A model generated the notes under the pieces. That model saw nothing but the letters and a program-made list of their open reading frames with translations, searched no databases and was not told the DNA's origin. A DNA stretch of 64,000 nt from Octopus sinensis (lineage: Eukaryota), in contig NW_021836159.1 of NCBI RefSeq assembly GCF_006345805.1, positions 6,064 through 70,063 of the forward strand. Reading direction: 5' to 3'. Every line of letters starts with the position of its first letter. The stretch's first letter is position 1. This document shows, piece after piece, positions 1 through 22,212 of the stretch. The translations under genes and the position numbers were made by a program.

Positions 1-14
1 TAATATAATAATAA

Positions 15-15
<1 letters not shown>

Positions 16-76
<61 letters not shown>

Positions 77-515
77 AAATCACTTCAATATAAATATAGC
101 CACTCTTCAGATTAAAGATAAAACAATGAAATAATTAATTAGATAAATTAATAAATATACATAAATAATCTTGTAAAATACGAAATATCTTAAATATATT
201 CTTGCTTAAGTAAAACAAATAGAATAAAAAGTAAGATACAATTAATTAAAATATTTACAACAAACATATATATATATAAAATACAAAATATACATTAAGT
301 GAAAACTAAATACTATAATTTAATCTATATCTTGTTTTTTATTCTATTTTTTATTTAAACAAGAATATATTTGTTAAGATATTTCGTATTTTACAAGATT
401 ATTTACGTATATTTATTAATTTATCTAATTAATTATTTTATTGCTTTATCTTTAACCTGAAGAGTGGCTATTTTTATATTGAAGTGATTTTACTACTACT
501 ACTATTACTATTACT
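16..515. repeat. Foldback: inverted arms about 76-238 / 325-491 extended by (TAG)n/(CTA)n
   Basis: AAAATCACTTCAATATAAATATAGCCACTCTTCAG... is the reverse complement of ...CTGAAGAGTGGCTATTTTTATATTGAAGTGATTTT, about 90% identity by eye. Confidence 0.9.
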
Positions 516-556
516 ATTATCATTTCTTAGATATAGCCACGAAACACATGTCGTTA
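453..556 (+). ncRNA. Type I hammerhead ribozyme (Penelope/retrozyme type), apparently intact
   Basis: Stem I TAAC/GTTA; core CTGAAGA 457-463; stem II GTGGCTAT/ATAGCCAC (464-471/533-540); GAAA 541-544; short stem III AC/GT with ACAT loop; cleavage triplet GTC 550-552. Confidence 0.7.
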
Positions 557-1965
557 TTGTACCATATATACGTTTTATTATTATTGTGCATATTACTTAA
601 TCATTGCTATATGTTTTATCTTATATTTAATCTTTCTATGATATGTAATTTTTCTAAATAGTATAATTTAATTTTTCCTTATTGAATTGATAGGTGTTTT
701 TTTCTAATATATCTATATATATTTCGTAGCGATCGGTTCTACATGAAACTTTTATTTACAACGCAATATTCCATATCGATATAGATCGTGAAATACAAAT
801 GAGGGTGGAATTGGTTCCCTTAGGAGTCACTAAAATCATGTAGGATAATGCTAATTATGAAAGAAAGTGCTCAATATATCATCAGTGATGGCAGTAACAA
901 TGATGAGGCAAACGAATACTTAGAGCTGATGATAGAAAGAAGGAAATAAGAATAGCAGTAACATTATATTGAAAAAGTGAAGTTTCATAATGCCCCCGGT
1001 AGGTGTCAGCAAACATAACCTATTTATCAGAAACTGGAGACAAAAGAAGTCATATCTTCACATAAACGCACCTACGCACCAAGGTAGTCATGTATATATG
1101 TTTCTCCCTATATCTTTCTCTCTTCTACCTCTTTCTCCCTTTCTCTCTCTCTTTCTTTCTATTTCTCTCTCTCTCTCTCTCTCTCACTCACCATGTATGT
1201 ATGTATATATATGTATGTATATATTATGTCGCCAATAAAAACAGGGCGAAAACCATCAACGTGTTCGTATTTAGAAATGTCTTACTGAGGAAGATCTTGC
1301 GTAAGAGACGAATTTTTATTTTATTTATTGAGTCATGACCTGAAACGTGGGTATTATATGCATTAAAAGTATCATTACTTGCTTTAATTTCCTTATTTTA
1401 CATTATACAACTCCATGCCAGAACAAGCTAGCCAGACCTTATTCCATTTATACGGGAATTTTAACATGAATTTAGATGGTTTGTTCAATTCGACCCCAGT
1501 CGGAAAATCCTGGTAATATGCACTGGTTTTAAGCATAACACGAAATATCAATACTCTATCTAGATGAGTAAACATTACACATATCCAGAGAAATTTCCAC
1601 ATACGGTGGAATGATTATAATCTAGCGTAATTTGTACGAATGTAAAGACAAGGGTAATATTTTTCTTATTAGAGTGGCTTAGTATTAGAAAGAGACTTGA
1701 TTCACAAAACATCACTAGAGATAACAGTAAGTCTCTGTACATGGAGACAGTGTAGTTTGGAGTTAATGCAGACAGTATACATGGAGAGAGTGCAGACAGT
1801 CTGGCCTGATAATATATCTACGTTATGTGTATATAACATCTTTATACTGGAGGTTAGAGAGAATGGAAAGGTTATATCATCTGTGTACTTGTGTGTGTGT
1901 GTCTGTAAATTTTCACTCTCGTATCCCAATATAATTTCTGTTTCATTTTTTCAAATTAATTTTAG

Positions 1966-11802
<9,837 letters not shown>

Positions 11803-14354
11803 ACAAGGAAACAGAATTTCTATTATTCCAAATAATTTCCCCTGCAGTATGGAATATGAAGAATCCATTGTACCATATGATAATGACGGTTTTAATTTAA
11901 GCATATACTAATGAATATTGGTTTTCTGCAGCGATTATTTTCTTTCTAAACATACATATATATGTTTCATCTTTAATGTATTAATATTCCTGTCTAATTC
12001 ATATGCTTTATCCTGTGCTTCTTTGTCACAATTCTTCTGGAATTGTTTGCAACCAAATTTATGCACTACATATCCAATAAATTAAACAACAGAACACATT
12101 TCAGATTAGGTGAATTAATATTGCTATGAAAATGAAATAAACAAATTACCAGGCTAATTTGAACAGCATGTCTTTGTTTTTCTTGCTTTTTTGCCTTTAT
12201 TTCTCTTTACATATTTTCCCATCCTTTCCAATCAAGTTTTCTTTGTAGTTTCTTCAGACATGTCACTGTCACATAAATATCAGAACCAGTGCTGAGATCA
12301 CACGATGATAGGTATTTTGAACACAGTTACTCTATATTGTTCTCAATACACTATACAGACAGATTTAAATATATAAGCAGTTATGATTTTGCATCCTCCA
12401 CCATACAATTAGTTTACAACAAAGAAGCTCCCACTGTTAGGCACTAAATCTTTCTCAAATTACTTTATTCAATACGTAAAAACGCTTACTGAACAATGCA
12501 GTCTAGTCTTAGATATGCATTGTCTTAACAAGGAAATTGTCAAGTGTAGCTGGAATGTTTTTAGTTATAGGTCTGCTAGATAAGGACTGACTTGAGGTTA
12601 CATAACCACAACAGGACAATTTGCTTTTGCTTATGAAGAAGCTTTTGCTGTTCGTTGTGTTTTACGATTTTTGTAAAGGACAGTAGTTACCTTGTTGATA
12701 ACTGTCTATAAAATGTAAAATCTATGTTATCAATGTCCAGCAGCAGTTAATCAATTGCACATTATAAGATGGAATCTTTAGTAATGATACAATTTCTATA
12801 AGAGACATTACCAGCTGGAAAACAAGCTTTTAGATTGATAACGACATGTTTCAGGAGAATTTACCACTGTTGGCACCAGGATATAGGCAGTCTGATTATT
12901 TTTATGACAAAAATTCAAAAAGTGTAGTGATATTCTATTTCAAAATGTGTAGTGATATTAATTCAAATTAATGTTTTTCCAGTTTCCATTGATCACTCGG
13001 TCGATTGATCACTGGATGAGTGAATGAATGGATGGAAAGAGGAGGAGGTGATTGGGGAGAGGAAGGATGAACACGTACATTCGTACATACATACAAATAT
13101 GAATGGATGGATAAATATATACATTCATGCATACATATGAATGTATGCATGCATTCATATAGAAAAGATAAATAAACAACACATAACAACCAATAGTTTT
13201 CAAACTTAAATTTATTTCACTTCGAAAGAACATAGATAAATTGGCATATCTGATGCATTTAAGAAAAACAATTTCAGTTGGATATTGTCAAAATAGTTCA
13301 GTTTATATATCAACAACCTGAAAATTACCTGTTTATTTTACTTCAAATAATTTCACGTGAACTTTAATTATTTATTGATTTATTATTTGCTTTTCACTGA
13401 TGAGGAATAGACATTTTAGAACTGGAGCTTGTACATACACGGGTTAAAGATTTGGTTGTACTTTCAAGATCATTATCTACAAAAGAATTTAGATTTTTAA
13501 AGTTCTTATAAAATAAATCTAATTTGTTTACTTCTTTGCATTCAGAGTACTCTGTCAAATGTAATGTTTATTCATATTACTTAGAATTAATCACGTATTG
13601 TATTGTAGCTTAAATGCGTCAATGATATGATTATTTATTTTTAATTGGACATTGTAGGATAAGTGTAAAAGACCAAATTTGGCCACTTTCAATATAAAAG
13701 AAGTAGAATATTATGGTTGCTTTAAATGCTAGTGTTGATTTACTTACCATCAAGAAAAAACAGTCAACATATTGCTCTTTGTAAATAGTATTAAAAGTGA
13801 GCTTGAATCTTGCCAAACTGAAATGTGAATATGAACGGTATAAAACAAGTCTCAAGTAAATTGGACAACTGGTTGCTGAGATATTACGGGTTTTCGGGGT
13901 AAAACGGTACATAATGGGAAAATACTCCGAAAATAGCTTAACCCTGAAGAGAAGAAACTCTAACCTTTCGAATAGACACAGTGACTTGACAACGAGAAAA
14001 TACGACTTGTTTTTTATAGTAAATGTTTCTATTTTCGCTTTTGTTAAATACAATATCTTAATCATTTAGAAATATTCTTAAGCGAATATGATTTCAAAAA
14101 TGTGTCTTGCTTGAACAATATGTATTTATATTTTAGCTTTCTTTCAACAGACAGAATTTTAATGATTTCTAAAATTATTTTCAAATAAATACCATTTCAA
14201 AATATTTTTTGGCTTATTTAAAGAATATTTTAAAGTGAAAATGGCTTTAAAAATACGGTAAATATTTCGTAAAAGACCCGTTCGTAACCTCGGTGTGAAA
14301 TAATTTTTTCCATAGGTTATTTTCGAGTGCATTCAACGTATCTCACCTCCAAAG

Positions 14355-14449
14355 ATTTGGCTGCTATTCCTAGCAAACCCTGCTAACACGTAAAGGACCC
14401 GAAATAACAGTTATGTGGTAGCAGGGCATGCAAGAAATAACAGCCAAAT
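14355..14449. repeat. Small inverted-repeat element (MITE-like)
   Basis: ATTTGGCTGCTATTCCTAGCA..CCCTGCTA / TAGCAGGG..TGCAAGAAATAACAGCCAAAT. Confidence 0.6.
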
Positions 14450-16390
14450 TTTTTCTTTTCTGAGGAAAGAAGCCGTTTCGCTGATGCTTTCAAGAAGTTG
14501 ACATTGAAATCACGCGAAATTACCTGGAAAAGAAAAACAAAACACGAAACAAAACTCAGTTGTTAGGAAAATCAGACTTACCCAGTGATCCAAGCAATTC
14601 ACTACCGGTGACCCGACGGGTCACCGGTCGTGAAGTAGTCGATAAAGATGAAGACATCAGAATATAACTAGTCAGGTTTAATCAAAACCTAGAAAGTTAT
14701 CCTGTAGTCATTATTATATAAAATTTTCAGGTCTAACATATTCTGCAGTATATGATAAGGCCCCTCTGTTGTAGCATTATCTGCAAGAAACAGCTGCAAA
14801 AGTCATCTTTCAATCACAAATTAACTAGAAAATATGAAACATCATTAAGGTGGGTTCATCTATATGACAAAATAAATAAGGCTGTGCAGTCAAACAATAC
14901 ACAACAGAGAAATAAACCAACAACATGTCATATATCTTTTACTTGTTTCACTCATTTGACTGAGGACATGGTGCACTGCCTAGAAGTGTTTCGTCAAACA
15001 AATCATCTCCAGTACATTTTTAAGGTTAGAACGTATTCTTTATTGGTCTTTTGCTTAACTGTTAGGTTACAGGGATGTAAACAAACCATCACAGGTTCTC
15101 AGACAGTGTGGTTGGGTGGAGTAGATGAAGAAAGACTGATAAAATATATTGGCAAGAAATCTTGAAATAAAACTGAATAACACACGCACAGAAGCACACG
15201 CGCGCACACTCAAAAACAACCATACACACCCACACGCGACACGTATGCACGCACATACACATGCAGACACGCACACACACGCAAAGACACACACACAAGC
15301 ACACACACAAGCACACACGCATACACACACACATACACACACACACACACACATACATACATACATACATACATACATACATACATACATACATACATAC
15401 ATACATACATACATACAGTCAGTCAGGTGACTGGTACATGTTTTTTAAATAATTTTTCCTGATTGTAATTGAGGTTGCTAATAAATATCTGGATAATATT
15501 TGGACTTTAACAATCAATATCCTTCCCTCTGTTGTATTGCAAGTCAACTGTTTTCTAACACTGTCTTAATTAAGTAATTTTCAATTTTCAAAAACTGATG
15601 TTTAAGATGGTTTAAAATGAATCATGAATAATTTCAAAAGTGTCTTCTCTTTAACTGCACGGTACGGAAATATATCAGTAAGAGAGCCACTCCAGAAGTT
15701 CGTGAAGAAACTATAATATTTTGCGTTGATTTTGTTGATATATTCGAGTTTCGGAAATTTCGTACCATGTGTCATTTTTCCGTGATCCTCCTTCATTTAA
15801 CATAGATATCTTAAATATTTGCTGCATTTTTGATCTTCCTGATGTCTAAATTAGGATATTGATGTGTATGAGTTTGTTTTCAAATGTAATTCTGGAGAAC
15901 TGAAGAGGCACGTTTACTTGAACTTGGGTTACTCATTTTGCCCCAGCTAAATTTATCTATGATGTGCTCAAAGAGAACGGTGATAATTTTCTGAAATTTT
16001 GGTCATATTATTTTATGATGCTTTTAATGCATTTTGGGAAGATCATTTGCTTAGCTGATATTGTTTTTGCAAGGTTGTGAACAGTTGTAAAAAATACGTC
16101 TTCTTAAAGTCAATCATGCAGTAAAAATCCCTCATTGTGCACCACCCATCCCTGTTGAAAACGAAAACTATTTATAAATTTCCTTTAAAACAAGTTAAGT
16201 ACAACAATTCATTTTCTTTCTATTTGTGATAAATTTACATCTTTTAATAGAACATACATACGTGTTAACTATATACCAAAAATGTTGGAATCTGGCTCCC
16301 TCCTCAGTGGAATATTTATAAAAATTAAAGAATAGAAGAGACATACATATATACATTCATAAGGAAAGAGTGACAGAGAGAGGGAGTGCG

Positions 16391-16461
<71 letters not shown>

Positions 16462-16741
16462 TCGGTGAGAGCAAGCTAAACAGTGACTGAACGCATCTGC
16501 TGTGTCAGTTGATTTGTGAATTTCCACGCTCTTCATTCAGGACAAACAATCGATTAAAGGAATGAGTTCTCAAATGGTATGAAAATCTGAAATGATTGAG
16601 AGGAAACAATTGAAGTGGACAGGGTCTGAGTCATTTATTTTAATTGTGTATTGGGAAAGAGATCGAGTTAAAAAAAAAACATAGGCAGGTAGATGCATAG
16701 ACAGAGAGAGAGAGAGATAGGCTGACTGACACACAGACAGG

Positions 16742-16987
<246 letters not shown>

Positions 16988-19900
16988 TGTTTCTTTATTA
17001 GCCACACAGGGCTGCACACAGACAGGACAAATTACAAGGTAGAGCTTTTCTTTTGGGATAAAAAAGGAGGTTTGGTATTCGATCAAAAGGGATCGTAAAA
17101 GGAAAGAAAGAGGACAAAAAAAAGGGGGTGGGATAAAAAATAAAAGGAAAAGAAAAAAATCGATCAATAGGGATCGTTATCACAGAAATGTCAATATAAA
17201 GTGTAAAGGGGAGGACAGGTGTGGTTTACCCGTGGAAAGAAAAGCCTACGGAAAAGCCACGGTAACCTCGTCACATGTTATATTTTTTTACAAATAAGCA
17301 ACTCTCTGTATTAATTTTTACGGTTCATAGGATCATAGTCAAGGTGGCTTCGTCATTCATACGTGCCATCCTTGCTACATTCACCCATCTTTTTTTAAAA
17401 CATTCACTAGACAAAACTTGCCTCTCTACTCTCACTTTCCTCTTCAAGTGATACTTGAAGAAGTTGATGAGAGATTGACCAGAGAGGAAAGTGTTTGTCT
17501 CTAATCCTTTTAGGCGCGTCCACCAGATACATTCTTTCGCCATAGCCACAAGTATGATAAAAATAGCTCTTCCTTTTCGTTTGAAGGAAGGAGGCGTGAC
17601 GATATTAACGATAGACTCGGCTGATAAACCGACACGTCCCACACGTGACAGCAGTCGTTCGACATAAGCCCACAGGTCGGGATTGTTGGACACTGCACGA
17701 TTGCGTGCAGAACGGTTTCGTCCCACACGTGACAGCAGTTGTTCGACATAAGCCCACAGGTCGGAAATTGTTGGATACTGCACGAGTGCGTGCAGAACGG
17801 TTTCGTCGCTCTGACCGCATCTCGGGCAGGTCGGCCCCGTGTTTCTCGAGCCGTGTCTGTAGAGCTTCTCCTGAACGGGTAGCGCTTCTCGATAGCACTG
17901 CCAGGCCAGGTTCGCCCCGAGCTCGTCGTCGTACCTCCCCTCCACTAATCCCCTATAGAATGCTTTGGTTGTGTTGAAGTCACTCAAGGTCGACCCAGGA
18001 CGGCAGAGTTGCTTGAGAGCAACGCGACACTCGCGGTGCCATTCGCCCTTCCTCGGCCTCTTTTTGATCCACGACTGCAGTTCGGTCATGGAGACGAGCT
18101 GCGGGAAAGCGTGCCTCACAAACGGCGACCACACCTGTTCACCGTCGTCTACATAGAGCCAGAGATGTCGCAGTCTCAGCGCGTGTCTGCGCATCATCAA
18201 CCACGGCATGCCCAGCCCTCCTTTTAACGGGTGTTGACAGCAAATGGATCGCCTGACCATCGGGACGCATCCTTTCCACAAGAAGCGAAAGAGAATGCGT
18301 TGTAGTTTGGTGATGGTAGGGTCGGGACAAGGTACGACGGTCAGGCGGTAGTAGATGACGGACGCGATGTACGTGTCCGCCACCTCCGTCCGACCTTTTA
18401 GGGACAGTTTCCTCTCGGCCCATTGCCGGGCGAGAGTGACCACCCTACTCGTTATCTCGTTCCAGTTCTTCTCCACTTGGAGGTCCGGACCAAACCAGAC
18501 CCCGAGCAACTCAACCGGGCCGTCGGTCCAGCGTCCCACGACGGAGGCGCTGGTGGACAACATGGGCTTGCTTCTCCAGGTGCCTAGTCGCAAGCCCACT
18601 GACTTTTCCCGGTTGATTTTCGCTCCTGTCACCGCTTCGTAGTTTTTCAGTGTCTCGCCTACCTGCTCGATGTGCTCGTGGCTAGACACTATGACGGTGA
18701 CGTCGTCCGCGTATGCAGACACGCTCGGCCCACATCCCAGTTCTCGCGGAATTCCCCTCAAAGTTGCCAGCTTCCGCAATAATGGCTCGAGAGTCAATAC
18801 GTATAGAAGCGACGAGAGGGGGCATCCCTGACGGACCGAACGTGCGATGTCGAAGGGTCTCGATAGATGTCCATTCACGCGAATTACCGAACGGATGCCT
18901 CTGTACAAAGCGGCTATGCAGCCGCGGAAGACGGACCGAAGCCAGCCGCTCTGAGGACCGCCTCCAAGTACCGATGGTCTACCCTATCGAAAGCTTTCGA
19001 TTGATCCAAATTGATCAGCGCCCCACCCATGCCAGGTTCGTTAACTACCCTGTCTATGATGTAGCGCATCAGGTGGAGGTTGTCATGGATGGTCCGGCCC
19101 GGCACGGCGCATGTTTGCGCCTTGTCGATCAGTTTCTCGATGACAAGCGCCAACCTCTTGGCTAGCACCTTGGCCAAAATTTTCAAGTCTGCATTAAGCA
19201 GAGTGATGGGCCTAAAGTTATCTATTACATTTCCCTTGTTTAGGTCTTTCTTCAGCAGTGTTACGGCTCCTCAGCTCACAAAACCAGGAATGCTCCCGTT
19301 TTGCTGCCAGTTGCAGTACACCGCCGCCAAGAGATCTCCAAACAAGTCTGGCATACAATTGTAAAGCTCGTAGGGTAGACCATCCAAACCCGGTGATTTG
19401 TCCCTCGAGCATTTTGCCATCGCGTCCTGCACTTCCGCCGCCGTGATGGCACCTTCGCAGCACCCTGCCTTTCTTGTCGAGAGTCGTGGTAGGCTATGTA
19501 GGTAGGCACTGAAGTCCACCCTACGTTCTTGCCCTCCACTCGTCCCGAACAGTCGGGCAAAATGCTGCTGAAAGGCCTCACACATTTTACTTGGCTCGAG
19601 CAATTCGCGCCCCTGTTCATCTACCAGGGACCGAATGGTGGCTTTGTTGCCCTGTTGCGCCTCTGCCACCCGGGCCTCTCTCGCGGCTCCAACACCTTCG
19701 TTCCTTAGAGCACGCATCCTAGCTCTGACAGCACATCCTCGCCGCCAAAACGTCGGATGCGATGCCGCTTCTAATTGCCTCTTCTAGCTTCTTAACTAGC
19801 TCACCCTCTACTCTATTTCTATCTATGGATAGTGCTTTGTTGTACTTAATCGCTTCTGCTTTTACTGCTTTCTTGAGGGCAAACCACCATTTGTTGTTGA

Positions 19901-22070
19901 TGATGGCTCCCGTCAAAGCCCTCTTTACTAGTGTGCTAATCCGGTCTCTGAAAACCTGTCTCGATGGGAAAGACGCGTTTAGTTTCCAGTATCCGGGACC
20001 CTGCCTAAGTGTCTTACCTAAGTCTAGCGTACATGTCACAAGTTTGTGATCCGTGTAGCTGACTATGTGGAATTGTGGACATCCTATGCTATCTCTGTCT
20101 ACTGTCCTACACAGTATCCTATCTAGATACGATCTCGACGACCCGATGCGGTTGCTCCATGTCCACGTTGGCGCATTCGGGTGGTCTAGTCGGAACCTGT
20201 CAGACAGTTGAAAGCGTCTGAGCAGGTCTCTGAGGCATTTGCATCCCCGTCTATTCCTATCTCTACCCACGTAGTCTACATGCGTGTCCAAGGTAGCATT
20301 CCAATCCCCCACTAAGAGTAAAGGACGAGACGTTCCCAAGAATACTTCTAGACGTTGAAAGAAATCCGCCCGACCTGTTAAGGGCGGTGCGGAGACTGAT
20401 ACGAGTCGAAAAGCGCACCCATTGCTGCTGTTGACATCCAGGACGACCAGTCTACCCTCCGGGTCTACGAATATTGTCCTTACTTTGAGATCCAGACTCT
20501 TGCGAAAAAGTACCGCGATGCCACTACCGCCCATTCTCGGGAGATAGGGGGAAAAATAAATGTTGAACTGTCCGCCAAACATGGTCTTTAGGGCCCGCGG
20601 ATTGTGGAGTCTGGTCTCACTTATGGCTATGATTTCTAACTTATGTGACTTTATGTCATTTAAGAGGTACCCTTGTTTCCAAGGGGACCCCAAGCCACGC
20701 GCATTTACACAACCAATCTTGATCATAATCCTAATGAATTAGAATACAAGTGAAAGGAACAGAGGGTTACTTACTGCTCGAAAGTTTTTGCTTTCTCCTC
20801 CTTTGGTTTGTCCTCGAGGAGATCCCAGTACAGTTTCTTTGTGAGATATTTTTGGCATTTACCAACCGCACTTTGAGTGTGTGGTGCAGACTTTTGGAGA
20901 TGTATAATATTTTGATGTGGTCTGGTGGTGTTGTGTATGGGTGATTGTTTTTATGTCATCTTCTGTTATGTTTGTTTTTGATTGGATGTATTCCATCAAA
21001 TTTGTGTTTTTGGTGTCTATAGCTGTGAGCATGTTTGCTGTATATATTTTTGTGGTGTTGGTGTGGCTGTTGTTTGTGTTGGGTTTTGAAATGTCTTCGG
21101 GAGATGTATTTCCCCCTGCTTTGTTCGTGTTTGCATTTGGTTTGGTTGTGTTTCTGCTCTTTATTTTCCTTCTTTTTGTAGCTATTTGCCATTCCTCACT
21201 GGTTTCGTCTTCCGACGAAATTTCTGAGGAATCAGTAGGGGGTAGGGGTATGTTGTAGGCTTCTATGTATGTCTGTGTAAGTGGTTGTGTTGTTTTCGTT
21301 GTTGTTGGTTGTTGAGTGTTTGTGTGTGTTGAGTGCGGTATAAGGGATGGGGGATCAGTTTTTGTGTGTTTTCTTTGTTTTTCTGTTCCTTTGGTTCTTG
21401 CTGTTGTTGGTGGTGTTGGTATTTTTTCAGGTGCTGAGTGGTTTTTGGTTGATGACGGATTAGCTTGGTGTGCTTCTCTTGTCGTCTTCTGTGTTGATGG
21501 TGGTGTGGGTAGTAGAGCTTTTTTTCCGGAGTGCTTTGGTTGTGGTAGTGGTTGTTGTTGTTGCTCTTGGTGTGCAGTGGTTGGGTACGTCTTTTTCAAG
21601 TGTGTTTCGCTTCCACACAAATAGCAGCGTGGTCGCCTGCCCTCTACCACTACATAGAGTTTGTAGCCTCCTGGCAGTTCTATAGTGGTGGGTATCTTCT
21701 CTCTTGCTGCTTCATCCAATTGAAGAAGGAATTCGATTGATTTTCCCACATAGTCTTTCTCTCCTAGAACAGCGATTTCAAGGATGTTTGTCTCTGACAT
21801 TGTCTCTGTCATTTCAAAGCAGATGGCAGAGACTAACCATTGTGTTTCGACTTCAAGTGGTACATTTATTTGGACTTTCGTGACCCTTTTGTTTAAATAG
21901 ACTGGTATCATTACCAAGTCGTCCGAATGCAGCTCCAATGTGGAAAAACGTTTTGCTAAATTTTCGTTGAGGAAACGTACTTCGACTGTACCAAATTTGT
22001 TTCCCCAACTGATATATTCCTTGGAGTCCCATGCAGGACGAAGACATTTTTCAATTTTTTCCTGCGGTGC
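16988..22070 (-). mobile_element. Near full-length Tx1-like (L1 clade) non-LTR retrotransposon, frameshifted
   Basis: ORF1 about 22047-20859 with degenerate zinc knuckle (CYLCGSETHLKKTY). ORF2 from 20726: APE endonuclease (GCVNARGL, ISETRL, GDWNA, SDHKLV-like), RT (QGCPLS, YADD) and C-terminal CPRC...H. AATAAA on the - strand at 16994-16999. (TATC)n on both flanks. Confidence 0.92.
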
Positions 22071-22084
22071 AGATAGATAGATAG

Positions 22085-22166
<82 letters not shown>

Positions 22167-22212
22167 ACAAACAGAGAGGTAGATAGGACAGTCAGACAGA
22201 CGGCAATTTAGA

